Source of the DNA: an uncultured bacterium
Lineage (GTDB): Bacteria; Omnitrophota; Omnitrophia; Omnitrophales; Abzuiibacteriaceae
Direction of reading: 5' to 3'
Assembly (NCBI GenBank): GCA_964387845.1
Contig: CAYLXA010000008.1
Location: forward strand, 44,270 to 108,269
Length of the DNA: 64,000 nucleotides
The notes under the pieces were generated by a model that worked only from the letters and a program-made list of their open reading frames with translations, was not told the origin of the DNA and ran no database searches. This document shows positions 9,377 through 18,374 of the stretch, in pieces (position 1 is the stretch's first letter; every line of letters starts with the position of its first letter). Both the position numbers and the translations under genes were made by a program.

Positions 9377-10249
9377 ATGACTGCCAAACTTTTAGAAGGA
9401 AAAATCATAGCCGAAAAGCTGCAGAAGAAAATTGCAGCAGAGGTGCGCGATCTGACGTCCAAAACAAAGCAAACGCCCAAAATGGTGGCAATCCGGATTA
9501 ATGAAGACCAAGCCTCAGAGCTTTATTTGAAATCACAGCGGAAAGCCGCGGAGCTTGCCGGCATGAAGCATGAAACGATTACGATTTTGGGTGCGACCGA
9601 AAGACAATTAATTCAGGCCATCGAAAAAGCCAATAAAGACGTATCCATTCATGGCATCATGATTCAAATGCCGCTTCCTCAGGATTTTCATCTCGAAAAT
9701 ATTTTGGATTCCATCGATCACAAGAAAGACATCGAAGGCGTCACGAGTTTTAATTTAGGGCAATTGGTTCTCAAGAAAGACAAATTGGTTCCGTGCACGG
9801 CGCTTTCCTGCATCACTTTGATTGAAGAGACAGGCGAGAAGCTGCGCGGCAAAGAAGCTGTGATCGTGGGCTCCAGCAAAGTCGTTGGGCGCCCGGTTTC
9901 GCTTTTACTTTTAGACCGGATGGCAACCGCGACGGTTTGTCATATTGCGACTTCAGAAGCCGGGAAGCTTGAATCGCATGTGAAGCGTGCGGATATTTTG
10001 GTGGTGGCGGTCGGAAAAGAAAATGTAATTCCCGGGAAATGGGTCAAAGAAGGCGCGATTGTGATTGATGTCGGGATTAACCGTGTGAACGGAAAAACCG
10101 TGGGCGATGTGGAATTTGAAGAAGCAAAATCCAGAGCCAAATTCATTACGCCGGTCCCGGGCGGCGTGGGCCCAATGACGGTGACGATTTTAATGCACAA
10201 TTTGGTAACGGCGTACAGGTGGCAGACAGAGAATGCGTCGTCATTCTGA
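9377..10249 (+). CDS. folD: Bifunctional methylenetetrahydrofolate dehydrogenase/methenyl-THF cyclohydrolase FolD
   Basis: MTAKLLEGK..., the NAD(P)-binding GSSKVVGRPVSLLL block and a PGGVGPMTV C-terminus are conserved in FolD. Start taken at ATG 9377 (GGAG 9355). Confidence 0.9.
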   Translation: MTAKLLEGKIIAEKLQKKIAAEVRDLTSKTKQTPKMVAIRINEDQASELYLKSQRKAAELAGMKHETITILGATERQLIQAIEKANKDVSIHGIMIQMPLPQDFHLENILDSIDHKKDIEGVTSFNLGQLVLKKDKLVPCTALSCITLIEETGEKLRGKEAVIVGSSKVVGRPVSLLLLDRMATATVCHIATSEAGKLESHVKRADILVVAVGKENVIPGKWVKEGAIVIDVGINRVNGKTVGDVEFEEAKSRAKFITPVPGGVGPMTVTILMHNLVTAYRWQTENASSF

Positions 10250-10264
10250 GCGTAGCGAAGAATC
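10240..10264. repeat. Copy of the dispersed 25-nt repeat (GTCATTCTGAGCGTAGCGAAGAATC), overlapping the folD stop
   Basis: Direct-orientation copy. Its inverted partner lies at 10574-10598, and together they bracket the GIY-YIG gene. Confidence 0.65.
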
Positions 10265-10273
10265 TCTGTTTCG

Positions 10274-10564
10274 ATGAAGAAGGGTTACGTTTATTTGCTT
10301 GCGAACAAAGTTAACACTGTAATTTATATCGGAGTTACAAGCAATCTTGCAAAAAGAATTTGGGAACATAAAAAGAAGCTGGTAGAAGGATTTACAAAGA
10401 AATATAACGTAGACAAACTAGTTTATTATGAAATTTTCGAGTTAGTTGTTGATGCAATAAAAAGAGAAAAGCAAATTAAAGGTTGGGTCAGAAAAAAGAA
10501 AGTGGACTTAGTCGAATCACTTAACCCTAATTGGAACGATCTATACAAGAACTTAAACGAATAA
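10274..10564 (+). CDS. GIY-YIG nuclease family protein (URI-domain, COG2827-like)
   Basis: GYVYLLANKVNTVIYIGVTSNLAKRIWEHK...KKY..L.Y.E.F........E..IKGW is the GIY-YIG motif. 96 aa. Confidence 0.85.
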   Translation: MKKGYVYLLANKVNTVIYIGVTSNLAKRIWEHKKKLVEGFTKKYNVDKLVYYEIFELVVDAIKREKQIKGWVRKKKVDLVESLNPNWNDLYKNLNE

Positions 10565-10573
10565 GATGTACGA

Positions 10574-10619
10574 GATCCTTCGCTTCGCTCAGGATGACGG
10601 GCGAAGGGTTCAGGATGAC
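10574..10619. repeat. Inverted copy of the 25-nt dispersed repeat plus a partial second copy
   Basis: 10574-10598 GATCCTTCGCTTCGCTCAGGATGAC is the reverse complement of the consensus. 10610-10619 TCAGGATGAC is a partial repeat. It overlaps the panB ribosome-binding region. Confidence 0.65.
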
Positions 10620-10620
10620 G

Positions 10621-11415
10621 ATGAAAACCTCAATCCAACACATCCTTAATAAGAAAAAAGCCAAACAGAAAATCACGGCGCTTAGCACCTACGATTTTGC
10701 ATTTGCGAAGCTCGTCGATCAATCAGGTGCGGATATTGTTTTGGTCGGCGATTCCGTCGGCATGGTCCAGCTCGGTTACGAATCCACGTTGCTTGTGACT
10801 TTGGATGAGATGATTCATCACACGAAGGCGGTTTCGCGCGCCGTAAAGCGTGCGCTTGTTGTGGCGGATATGCCGTATAAAACTTACGAAACAGCCGTTT
10901 CGGCGATTAAATCTGCACGGCGGTTTATTGAAGATGCCAAAGCTGATGCGGTGAAGTTAGAAGGCGGCGAGAAAGTTGTGAAGCAGGCCAAGGCACTCAC
11001 ACGGCTGGGTATTACAGTCATGGGCCATCTCGGAATGTTGCCGCAGTCGATTGAGAAGACAGGCGGCTATAAGGTTCAGGGTAAGGACAAAAAGCAAGCC
11101 GATCAAATTTTAAAAGATGCAAAAGCACTCGAAGAAGCCGGAGCATTTTCTATCGTTTTGGAATGCATTCCGTATGAGCTTGCGAAGAAAATCACGGAAT
11201 CCATAAAAATTCCGACCATCGGAATCGGCGCCGGGCCTTATTGTGACGGACAAATTTTAGTGCTGCATGATTTACTTGGGTTTAAATCGAGTGTCAGCCC
11301 GCGCTTTGTGAGGCGCTACATGGATTTTGATGCGCTGGCCAGTAAAGCTCTGGAGCAATTCCGCCATGATGTCGAAACCGCCAAATTTCCGTCTCTAAAA
11401 GAGAGTTTTGAGTAA
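10621..11415 (+). CDS. panB: 3-methyl-2-oxobutanoate hydroxymethyltransferase (ketopantoate hydroxymethyltransferase)
   Basis: LSTYDFAFAKLVDQSGADIVLVGDSVGMV...VVADMPY...VKLEGG...MGHLGMLPQS..GGYKVQGK are PanB conserved blocks. Start at ATG 10621 (alternative 10615). Confidence 0.9.
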   Translation: MKTSIQHILNKKKAKQKITALSTYDFAFAKLVDQSGADIVLVGDSVGMVQLGYESTLLVTLDEMIHHTKAVSRAVKRALVVADMPYKTYETAVSAIKSARRFIEDAKADAVKLEGGEKVVKQAKALTRLGITVMGHLGMLPQSIEKTGGYKVQGKDKKQADQILKDAKALEEAGAFSIVLECIPYELAKKITESIKIPTIGIGAGPYCDGQILVLHDLLGFKSSVSPRFVRRYMDFDALASKALEQFRHDVETAKFPSLKESFE

Positions 11416-12236
11416 TGACCAGTTCCTATCTGATCCTTATTTTGCTAATCGTTCTTTATGCGGTTTCGTTTCTGGTACATTTAGGGAATTTTCTTAACAA
11501 AGAAACCAGATCGATCAATCCCAACCTGCTTTTTGAAATCGGATTCCTGCTCCACACATTTTTAATTTTCACGGAAGCGCGCGAAACCCAATTTTTTCTT
11601 CCGGTAACGACTTTCCGGGAAGTTTTGATCTTTTTTGCCTGGTCGCTCGCGTTTGTGTTTGTGATTTTACTCAGGCGAATCAAGCAGGAAAGTTTCGGAA
11701 TTGTGCTCATTCCATTTTTGCTGAGTTTTCTGGCGGTCGCGCTCGTGATTGAAGACGGAAAAGCTATTCCGACGACTTATTTCAGCGACCATTATTTTTT
11801 GGTCCACATTTTATCGGCCTTTTTTGCTTACGCCAGTTTCACACTTTCTTTCGTGGCGTCAGTTTTGTATTTAATTCAATCGCGCCTTATAAAATCCAAG
11901 CAGCTTGGCAGTTTTTACCACAAATTGCCGCCTTTAAATGAGCTGGAAAAATTCATTGTGTATGCAATTGCATGGGGCCTTGTGCTGCTTGGCATCGGGA
12001 TTTTGAGCGGGTTTTTGTGGGCGCACAATTCGTTTAAATCTTTTTCGCTTTTGGAACCAAAAACGATTTCCAGCCTGGTGACGTGGCTGGCGTACGGCAT
12101 TATTTCCTTTCTTTACCGTTTTTCCATTGTGCGCGGAAAACGGAACGCCAAAGTCGTTTCGCTGACGTTTGCACTTGTTTTGTTTACGTTTTTAGGAACC
12201 AGTTTGTTTCAAAATACTTTACATATCGGAATGTAA
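11415..12236 (+). CDS. Cytochrome c assembly protein family (CcsA-like) membrane protein, HemX-like by operon position
   Basis: 8-TM protein. The C-terminal LLEPKTISSLVTWLAYGIISFLYR resembles the CcsA WDPKE...W..Y...L..R block. It sits directly upstream of hemA, as hemX does in Bacillus-type hemAXCDBL operons. Confidence 0.6.
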   Translation: MTSSYLILILLIVLYAVSFLVHLGNFLNKETRSINPNLLFEIGFLLHTFLIFTEARETQFFLPVTTFREVLIFFAWSLAFVFVILLRRIKQESFGIVLIPFLLSFLAVALVIEDGKAIPTTYFSDHYFLVHILSAFFAYASFTLSFVASVLYLIQSRLIKSKQLGSFYHKLPPLNELEKFIVYAIAWGLVLLGIGILSGFLWAHNSFKSFSLLEPKTISSLVTWLAYGIISFLYRFSIVRGKRNAKVVSLTFALVLFTFLGTSLFQNTLHIGM

Positions 12237-12238
12237 CC

Positions 12239-13537
12239 ATGAACCGGCTTTGCTGTATTGGAATTGACCATCATAAAACGCCCGTTGCGCTGCGCGAACG
12301 GCTCTCGATTTCGGATAAGAGAGTTCCGGAAGTGCTGGAGGCGGTCCGCAGAATCGAAGGTGTGCGCGAATGTTTTCTGCTTTCCACTTGTAACCGTTTT
12401 GAACTTTACGCGCGCGGCGATGAGTCCATTCTTCAGGCGCTCCCCAAATTTTTAAGTTCTTTGCACAATATCGAAGAAAACGAAATCAATGCGCATCGTT
12501 ATTTGTTCCGCGGCGAGGAAGCTGCCCGGCATTTGTTCCGGGTCACGTGCGGTTTGGAATCGATGGTGGTCGGCGAATACGAAATTTACGGGCAAATCAA
12601 ACGGGCGTTTCAAGCCGCGATCGCAGCCGGCACCGTCGATTCCGTAATGTTTCAGTTGATCGAACGGGCGCTTAAAATCGGCAAACGCGTCCGCGCAGAA
12701 ACGAACATCAGCAAAGGCGCCGTCAGTGTTTCATCCGTTGCGGTGGAGCTTGCGGAGAAAATTTTCGGGCGTTTGAGCGGCGAGCAGGTGCTTGTGATCG
12801 GCACCGGCGAGATGAGCGAACTTGCGCTTCAGCATCTTGTTAAAGCAGGCGCCGGAAAAATTATTGTGACCAGCCGGAGTTTCGAAAGGGCGCTCGGACT
12901 TGCGCAAAAGTTCGGCGCAGAGCCCATCCCGTTTGACGAATGGCTGCGCGCGCTCAGAACAAGCGACATCGTCATTTCATCGACCGCCGCGCCGCACGCG
13001 ATCATCAAAGCTGCCGACGTAAAATCGGTCATGCAGGAGAGGCGCCGCAAGCCGCTTTTCTTTATTGATATTGCCGTGCCGCGCGATGTGGAATCGGCCG
13101 TTCAGCACATTGATGACGTCTATTTGTATAACATTGATGATTTGCAGTCTGTGATTCACACCAACGTCCGCGAACGGAAACGCGAAATCGAAAAATGCGA
13201 AAAAATCATCGATCACGAGCTTTTGCAATTTGAAGGCTGGATCGAGCAATTAGAATTGAAACCGACTTTAAGCTGGTTTCAGAATTATTTCGAGACCGTG
13301 GTGCACGAAGAAATCGAAAAATCCCGGCCAAAATTTGCGGGCAAAGAAGATGAGCTTGAGAGTCTAATGGTGCGCGTTCGGAAGAAATTATTTCACCGGC
13401 CGCTTAAGAATCTCAAACAGGCCTCGCGCGAGGGAACGCTTTACCGGTATTTGCAAATGGTCCGCGAGCTCTTCTCCGATCATTCTCAAAAGTTCGGCCA
13501 GCCGTCGGAAAATCCAAAAGAAGATTCGCGTGTATGA
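12239..13537 (+). CDS. hemA: Glutamyl-tRNA reductase
   Basis: MNRLCCIGIDHHKTPVALRERLS, LSTCNRFELY (catalytic Cys) and ESMVVGEYEIYGQIK. NADP-binding VLVIGTGEMSELA. The ORF opens at 12083 but the conserved N-terminus begins at ATG 12239. Confidence 0.9.
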   Translation: MNRLCCIGIDHHKTPVALRERLSISDKRVPEVLEAVRRIEGVRECFLLSTCNRFELYARGDESILQALPKFLSSLHNIEENEINAHRYLFRGEEAARHLFRVTCGLESMVVGEYEIYGQIKRAFQAAIAAGTVDSVMFQLIERALKIGKRVRAETNISKGAVSVSSVAVELAEKIFGRLSGEQVLVIGTGEMSELALQHLVKAGAGKIIVTSRSFERALGLAQKFGAEPIPFDEWLRALRTSDIVISSTAAPHAIIKAADVKSVMQERRRKPLFFIDIAVPRDVESAVQHIDDVYLYNIDDLQSVIHTNVRERKREIEKCEKIIDHELLQFEGWIEQLELKPTLSWFQNYFETVVHEEIEKSRPKFAGKEDELESLMVRVRKKLFHRPLKNLKQASREGTLYRYLQMVRELFSDHSQKFGQPSENPKEDSRV

Positions 13538-14463
13538 GTTTTTCGCTCCGGATCGGTACTCGGGGAAGCAAGCTTGCGCTTTATCAAGCGCAGCTGGTTG
13601 AATCCGGAATCCGGAAAGCTTTTCCGGATCTCAAAATCGAGACGGTGAAGATTAAAACAAAGGGCGATGCGGTTCAGCAGGGCTCCATCTCTTCGATCGG
13701 GCGCGGAATTTTTACCCGTGAAATTGAAGAAGCATTGTTGAGACGAGAAGTCGATCTGGCGGTCCACAGCGCGAAAGATTTAGAAACAGAGCTTCCGAAA
13801 GGATTGACGATCGGTGCTGTACTGGAGCGCGAAGATGCGCGCGATTGTTTGATTACGCTGGATCGGCGGAAATTCGGTGATTTGCCGAGAAAAGCCAAGA
13901 TCGGTACGAGTTCTTTGAGGCGAAAAGCGCAGCTTTTGCATCTTCGGCCGGATTTCAATGTTGCCGATTTGCGCGGTAATGTGGATACGCGCGTCAAGAA
14001 GCTCGAATCCGGCGAGTTTGAAGCGATTGTGATGGCCGCAGCCGGCATTAAACGGCTTGGGCTGTCGAGTTTGATTACGGAAATTCTGGATGACAGTAAA
14101 ATGCTGCCGCAAGCCGCGCAGGGCGCTATCGCGGTTGAATTAAGGCAGGATGATCAGAAAGTGAGAGATCTTGTGAAGCTAATCAATCACGAGAAAAGTT
14201 TTCTACAAGCGGAAGCGGAACGCGCGTTTTTACGGACTTTGCATGGCGGCTGCCAGATTCCAGTTGGGGTGAAAAGTGATTTTAATCAAACGCATTTTCA
14301 TATGAAAGCTGCTGTATTTTCTTTGGACGGAAAAAAAGCGGTTCGGAATGAATTGTCGGGACCGAAAGAAAAAGCAAAAGAGCTCGGAATTCAGTTGGCT
14401 GAGAAATTATTGTCGCAGGGCGCGCGCGAAATTCTGGAAGATATTCGAAAAAATTTAAAATGA
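13534..14463 (+). CDS. hemC: Hydroxymethylbilane synthase (porphobilinogen deaminase)
   Basis: LRIGTRGSKLALYQA..., SAKDLETELP, TSSLRRKAQL, RGNVDTRVKKL, GGCQIPVG are conserved HemC motifs. ATGA overlap with hemA. Confidence 0.9.
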   Translation: MSFSLRIGTRGSKLALYQAQLVESGIRKAFPDLKIETVKIKTKGDAVQQGSISSIGRGIFTREIEEALLRREVDLAVHSAKDLETELPKGLTIGAVLEREDARDCLITLDRRKFGDLPRKAKIGTSSLRRKAQLLHLRPDFNVADLRGNVDTRVKKLESGEFEAIVMAAAGIKRLGLSSLITEILDDSKMLPQAAQGAIAVELRQDDQKVRDLVKLINHEKSFLQAEAERAFLRTLHGGCQIPVGVKSDFNQTHFHMKAAVFSLDGKKAVRNELSGPKEKAKELGIQLAEKLLSQGAREILEDIRKNLK

Positions 14464-15977
14464 AGAAACTAGGAACCGTTTATTTAGTCGGTGCCGGCCC
14501 CGGAAATCCGAAATTGATTACGGTGCGTGGGCGCGAACTGCTTGAAGCTTGCGATATTGTGATTTACGATTCGCTGATTTCCGAATCGTTACTCAACTGC
14601 GCAAAAAATGCGGTCAAAATTTATGCCGGCAAAACCAGCAAAACACATAGAAAATTCAGCCAAGTTGAAATTGAAAAAATGTTGATTCATTATGCAAAAC
14701 TCGGAAAATCGGTCGTCCGTTTAAAAGGCGGCGACCCCTTTATCTTTGGCCGCGGTGGTGACGAGGCGCTGGCTTTGCAAAACGCCAAAATTCCATATGA
14801 AATTGTGCCCGGCATTACAGCAGCGATTGGTGCATCCGCTTTTGCGGGAATTCCGATGACGCACCGGCAAATGGCTTCTGACGTCACATTTATCACTGCT
14901 CACGAAGATCCGCTGAAACCCGACGTTCAAGTGAATTGGAAAGCGATCGCGAGCCTCACCGGAACTCTCGTGATTTATATGGGCGTTTACAGGTTAGAAG
15001 ATGTTGCAACTCGATTAATTCAACTTGGAAAAAATCCTGAAACGCCCACGGGAATTATCGAATGGGGAACCACTTCTAATCAAAAAACTGTGACAAGCAC
15101 TTTGGATAAGATTGCAGAAACAGCAGAAATGGCGAACATAAAGTCGCCAGCAGTTATCGTGATCGGAGAAGTTGTTTCGCTTAGGAAGCAGCTTGCGTGG
15201 TTTGAGGAAAGGCCGCTTTTTGGAAAAACGGTTGTTGTCACGCGGCCTCGCCATCAAGCCGGGGCGCTCGCTGAACTTTTAGAAAGCCAAGGTGCGCGTG
15301 TGGTTGAAATTCCCACAGTTGAAATTCATCCCGTCAAAAATTTGAAAAAAGCGGACGAGTCCATCCGCCAGATTTCAAAATACAATTGGCTGGTGTTTAC
15401 GAGTGAGAACGGCGTTGAATATTTTATGAAGCGGTTAAAGCAAATCGGTTTTGACGCGCGGAAGTTAAATAAAATTAAAATTGCAGTTGTCGGGCCGGGA
15501 ACAGAAAAAAAAATAAATTCTTATTCATTGAAAGCAGATTTTGTTCCGGAAGTATTTTCAACCGAAGACCTTTTCCGGGATTTAAAGCGAAAAAAAATGG
15601 TTCGCGGGAACCATTTTTTGCTGGTCCGGACGACAATTGCCAATGACGAACTCAAGAAATCGATTCAAAAAGAGGGCGGTTTTGCAACAGAGCTTTCGAT
15701 TTATGAAACACGCAAACCAAAGTTAGACCGCCGAAAGGTAAAATCGGCGGTCGAAAAGGTCGATTATGTGACGTTTACGAGCGCATCAACCGCAAATAAT
15801 TTTTTCAGTCTTTTTTCACGCGCGGAATTGAAAAATATAAGAAGTAAATTCATATCCATCGGGCCGGTTACCTCGCAAGCCATTCGAAGCTTCAAAGTTC
15901 CCGTGTATAAACAAGCGAATCCTTACACAATTCCCGGGCTTGTGGACGCAATCACGAACGGAAACGGAAAAAACTAA
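14460..15977 (+). CDS. cobA/hemD: Fused uroporphyrinogen-III C-methyltransferase / uroporphyrinogen-III synthase
   Basis: N-terminal VYLVGAGPGNPKLITVRGRELLEACDIVIYDSL...GGDPFIFGRGGDE is CobA/SUMT. C-terminal PLFGKTVVVTRPRHQAG...LVFTSENGV is the HemD fold. Confidence 0.9.
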   Translation: MKKLGTVYLVGAGPGNPKLITVRGRELLEACDIVIYDSLISESLLNCAKNAVKIYAGKTSKTHRKFSQVEIEKMLIHYAKLGKSVVRLKGGDPFIFGRGGDEALALQNAKIPYEIVPGITAAIGASAFAGIPMTHRQMASDVTFITAHEDPLKPDVQVNWKAIASLTGTLVIYMGVYRLEDVATRLIQLGKNPETPTGIIEWGTTSNQKTVTSTLDKIAETAEMANIKSPAVIVIGEVVSLRKQLAWFEERPLFGKTVVVTRPRHQAGALAELLESQGARVVEIPTVEIHPVKNLKKADESIRQISKYNWLVFTSENGVEYFMKRLKQIGFDARKLNKIKIAVVGPGTEKKINSYSLKADFVPEVFSTEDLFRDLKRKKMVRGNHFLLVRTTIANDELKKSIQKEGGFATELSIYETRKPKLDRRKVKSAVEKVDYVTFTSASTANNFFSLFSRAELKNIRSKFISIGPVTSQAIRSFKVPVYKQANPYTIPGLVDAITNGNGKN

Positions 15978-16948
15978 TGGCATATCCCAAAACGCGGCTT
16001 AGAAGGCTCCGGCGCACGGAAAATCTGAGGCGCCTTGTCAAGGAAACACATCTTTCTCCGGATCAGTTGATCATGCCGTATTTTGTTTCGGAACTGATCC
16101 GAGGCAAAGAGCCGATTCAATCAATGCCGGGACAATTCCGGTATTCAATATCCGCGCTTTTATCAGAGCTCGATGGTTTAAGCCGCACAGGGGTTCGAAA
16201 TATCATCCTGTTCGGAATTCCGAAGAACAAAGATGAAAAAGCGCGCAGTGCTTATTCATCAAAGGGAATTATTCAACAAACCACGCGCCAAATCAAAAAG
16301 CGTTTTCCGGGGCTGAATGTGATCACGGATGTTTGCCTGTGCGAATACATGAGCCACGGCCATTGCGGCATCATTCAAAAAAACCATGTTCAAAATGATG
16401 CAACGCTTACGCTTCTTGCCAAAACTGCGCTTTCGCATGCCGAGGCCGGCGCCGACATTGTGGCGCCGAGCGACATGATGGACGGCCGGATTGCCGCGAT
16501 CCGCAAAAATTTAGACCGAAGCGGTTTTGAGGAATTGCCGATAATGAGTTATGCCGCGAAATTTGCCTCAGCTTATTATGGGCCGTTCCGTGAGGCCGCG
16601 CATTCTGCTCCGTCATTTGGCGACCGGAAAAGTTATCAGATGAATCCGGCCAACCGGAAAGAGGCCTTGCGCGAAATCGAAACGGATATTGAAGAAGGCG
16701 CCGATATTGTCATGATCAAGCCGGCGCTGCCGTATTTGGACGTGATTCGGGATGCGAACGCGAAGTTTCAAATTCCGTTTGCGGCCTATCAAGTGAGCGG
16801 TGAGTATTCGATGATCAAAGCGGGTGCCAAAGCCGGGTTTATGGATGAGCGGCAGCTGGTTTTGGAAACATTGCTTTCAATTAAACGGGCGGGAGCCAAT
16901 ATCATTCTGACGTATTTTGCAAAAGACGCTGCGAAATGGCTGAAATGA
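15977..16948 (+). CDS. hemB: Porphobilinogen synthase (delta-aminolevulinic acid dehydratase)
   Basis: RLRRLRRTENLRRLVKETHLSPDQLIMPYFV, cysteine cluster CLCEYMSHGHCG (Zn-type), DIVMIKPALPYLD, YQVSGEY active-site lysine region. Confidence 0.9.
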   Translation: MAYPKTRLRRLRRTENLRRLVKETHLSPDQLIMPYFVSELIRGKEPIQSMPGQFRYSISALLSELDGLSRTGVRNIILFGIPKNKDEKARSAYSSKGIIQQTTRQIKKRFPGLNVITDVCLCEYMSHGHCGIIQKNHVQNDATLTLLAKTALSHAEAGADIVAPSDMMDGRIAAIRKNLDRSGFEELPIMSYAAKFASAYYGPFREAAHSAPSFGDRKSYQMNPANRKEALREIETDIEEGADIVMIKPALPYLDVIRDANAKFQIPFAAYQVSGEYSMIKAGAKAGFMDERQLVLETLLSIKRAGANIILTYFAKDAAKWLK

Positions 16949-17964
16949 ATCAATCAGTTTCAAAACACTCCTCACCCCAACCCTCTCCCATGGGGAGAGG
17001 GCAGGGTGAGGGGTCGAGAAGATTTCATTTTTCAATTCTTGTTTTTTTCGGTACGTTCATCCTTTGCTTCGCGCTCTGGATGACTTATCTACAGCAAGTC
17101 GGCTCCTCCGAAAATCATTTCGGAAGTTACCTGATTCTGATCATGGGCCTTTTATTTTCGGCAGCCTGCGGACTTTTTGTTTGGTCGCTTGAGTCCCGGG
17201 AACAGTTTCTCAAGAATGAAGTTGAGAAGCGGACGGTTCAGCTTCAAAGCATTAATGAGGAACTCGCCGAAAAGAATAAAGAAATCGAAAGCTTTGCTTA
17301 CGCCATCTCGCACGATTTAAAAGCACCGCTGGTTTCCATTCAAGGTTTTACGTCATTATTAAAATCCGAACTCGGAAAAACTGCCGAAGGGCCTGTCGGT
17401 GCTCAACTAGACCGTATTTCAGCAAACGTAAAACAGATGAGTGCGCTTATTCAGGATATCTTGGAATTTTCAAGAGTCGGCCGCATGGAAGAAGAGCAGG
17501 AAAGTGTCGATATGAATGAGCTTTTCAAGGAAATCACGGCTGCGCTGAGGCCTCAAATTGAAAGCAAAAAAATCATACTTGAAATTAAACCGCCTTTTTC
17601 AACGCTGTGGGGATCCCGGAAGCGCCTTCAACAGGTATTTATGAATTTGATCGGAAATTCCGTTAAATATATAGGTACTACGCCCAGCCCCAAGGTTAAA
17701 GTATATGGCCGGGAATCCGGAAACGGGCTTTTTGAGATTTGCGTTGAAGACAACGGCATCGGGATCCCGAAAGAAGCTCAGGAAAAGGTATTTAAAATTT
17801 TTCAGCGTTTTCATCCTAAATTGGGCGTCGAAGGGACCGGAATCGGTTTGAGCACCGTCAAGAAAATCGTAGAGACGAGCGGCGGGCGGATTTCGTTTAC
17901 GTCGGAACCCGGCAAAGGAACGTCTTTTTTTATCGCCTGGCCGAAAACGGATTTAAAAAAATGA
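16945..17964 (+). CDS. Sensor histidine kinase (2 TM, HisKA + HATPase_c) with an in-frame palindromic-element insertion near the N-terminus
   Basis: H-box FAYAISHDLKAPL, N-box LIGNSVKY, G-boxes DNGIGIP / GTGIGLSTV. Start placed at the ATG overlapping the hemB stop (ATGA). The ORF opens at 16936. Confidence 0.8.
   Translation: MNQSVSKHSSPQPSPMGRGQGEGSRRFHFSILVFFGTFILCFALWMTYLQQVGSSENHFGSYLILIMGLLFSAACGLFVWSLESREQFLKNEVEKRTVQLQSINEELAEKNKEIESFAYAISHDLKAPLVSIQGFTSLLKSELGKTAEGPVGAQLDRISANVKQMSALIQDILEFSRVGRMEEEQESVDMNELFKEITAALRPQIESKKIILEIKPPFSTLWGSRKRLQQVFMNLIGNSVKYIGTTPSPKVKVYGRESGNGLFEICVEDNGIGIPKEAQEKVFKIFQRFHPKLGVEGTGIGLSTVKKIVETSGGRISFTSEPGKGTSFFIAWPKTDLKK
16970..17011. repeat. REP-like nested palindrome CCTCACCC-CAA-CCCTCTCCC-ATGG-GGAGAGGG-CAG-GGTGAGG inside a coding region
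   Basis: Perfect nested inverted repeat. It is translated in-frame as SPQPSPMGRGQGEG in the kinase N-terminus. A related double unit is at 41725-41808. Confidence 0.7.
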
Positions 17965-18374
17965 AACAGATTTTCATGGTCGAAGATAATCCCGATCATG
18001 CGTTTTTGATTCAAACCGCAATCGGGGAAGATGACTGCAAAATTACGCATTTTCCGGAAGGGCTGTCGCTATTTGAATTTTTTGAATCAAACCAAAGCCC
18101 CGAAGCGCTCCCGGAGCTGGTTTTGCTGGACCTGAATCTTCCGCAGCTGGATGGTTTTCAGATTTTGAGCAAAATGCGGGCAAATGCGAGGTTAAAACTC
18201 ATTCCGGTCGTCATGCTTACGACTTCGAAAAGGCCGGAAGAAATTAAGCGTGCTTATGAGTTGGGTGCACATGGGTTTGTATCGAAGTCAGAAGATTTCG
18301 GAAACCTAAAGAATCAGTTGGCATGTGTTAAAAATTATTGGCTGAAAACAGTGGAGAAACCGAGCGTCACATGA
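17961..18374 (+). CDS. Single-domain response regulator (REC only)
   Basis: MVEDNPDHAFLI...LVLLDLNLPQLDGF...LTTSKRPEEIKRAYELGAHGFVSK: phospho-acceptor Asp and conserved Thr/Lys present. No output domain. Confidence 0.8.
   Translation: MKQIFMVEDNPDHAFLIQTAIGEDDCKITHFPEGLSLFEFFESNQSPEALPELVLLDLNLPQLDGFQILSKMRANARLKLIPVVMLTTSKRPEEIKRAYELGAHGFVSKSEDFGNLKNQLACVKNYWLKTVEKPSVT

Noticed and set aside
12083-12238. N-terminal 52-aa extension of hemA suggested by the ORF track
   Set aside because: It overlaps the 3' end of the hemX-like gene, and the conserved HemA N-terminus (MNRLCCIGIDHH) begins at ATG 12239.
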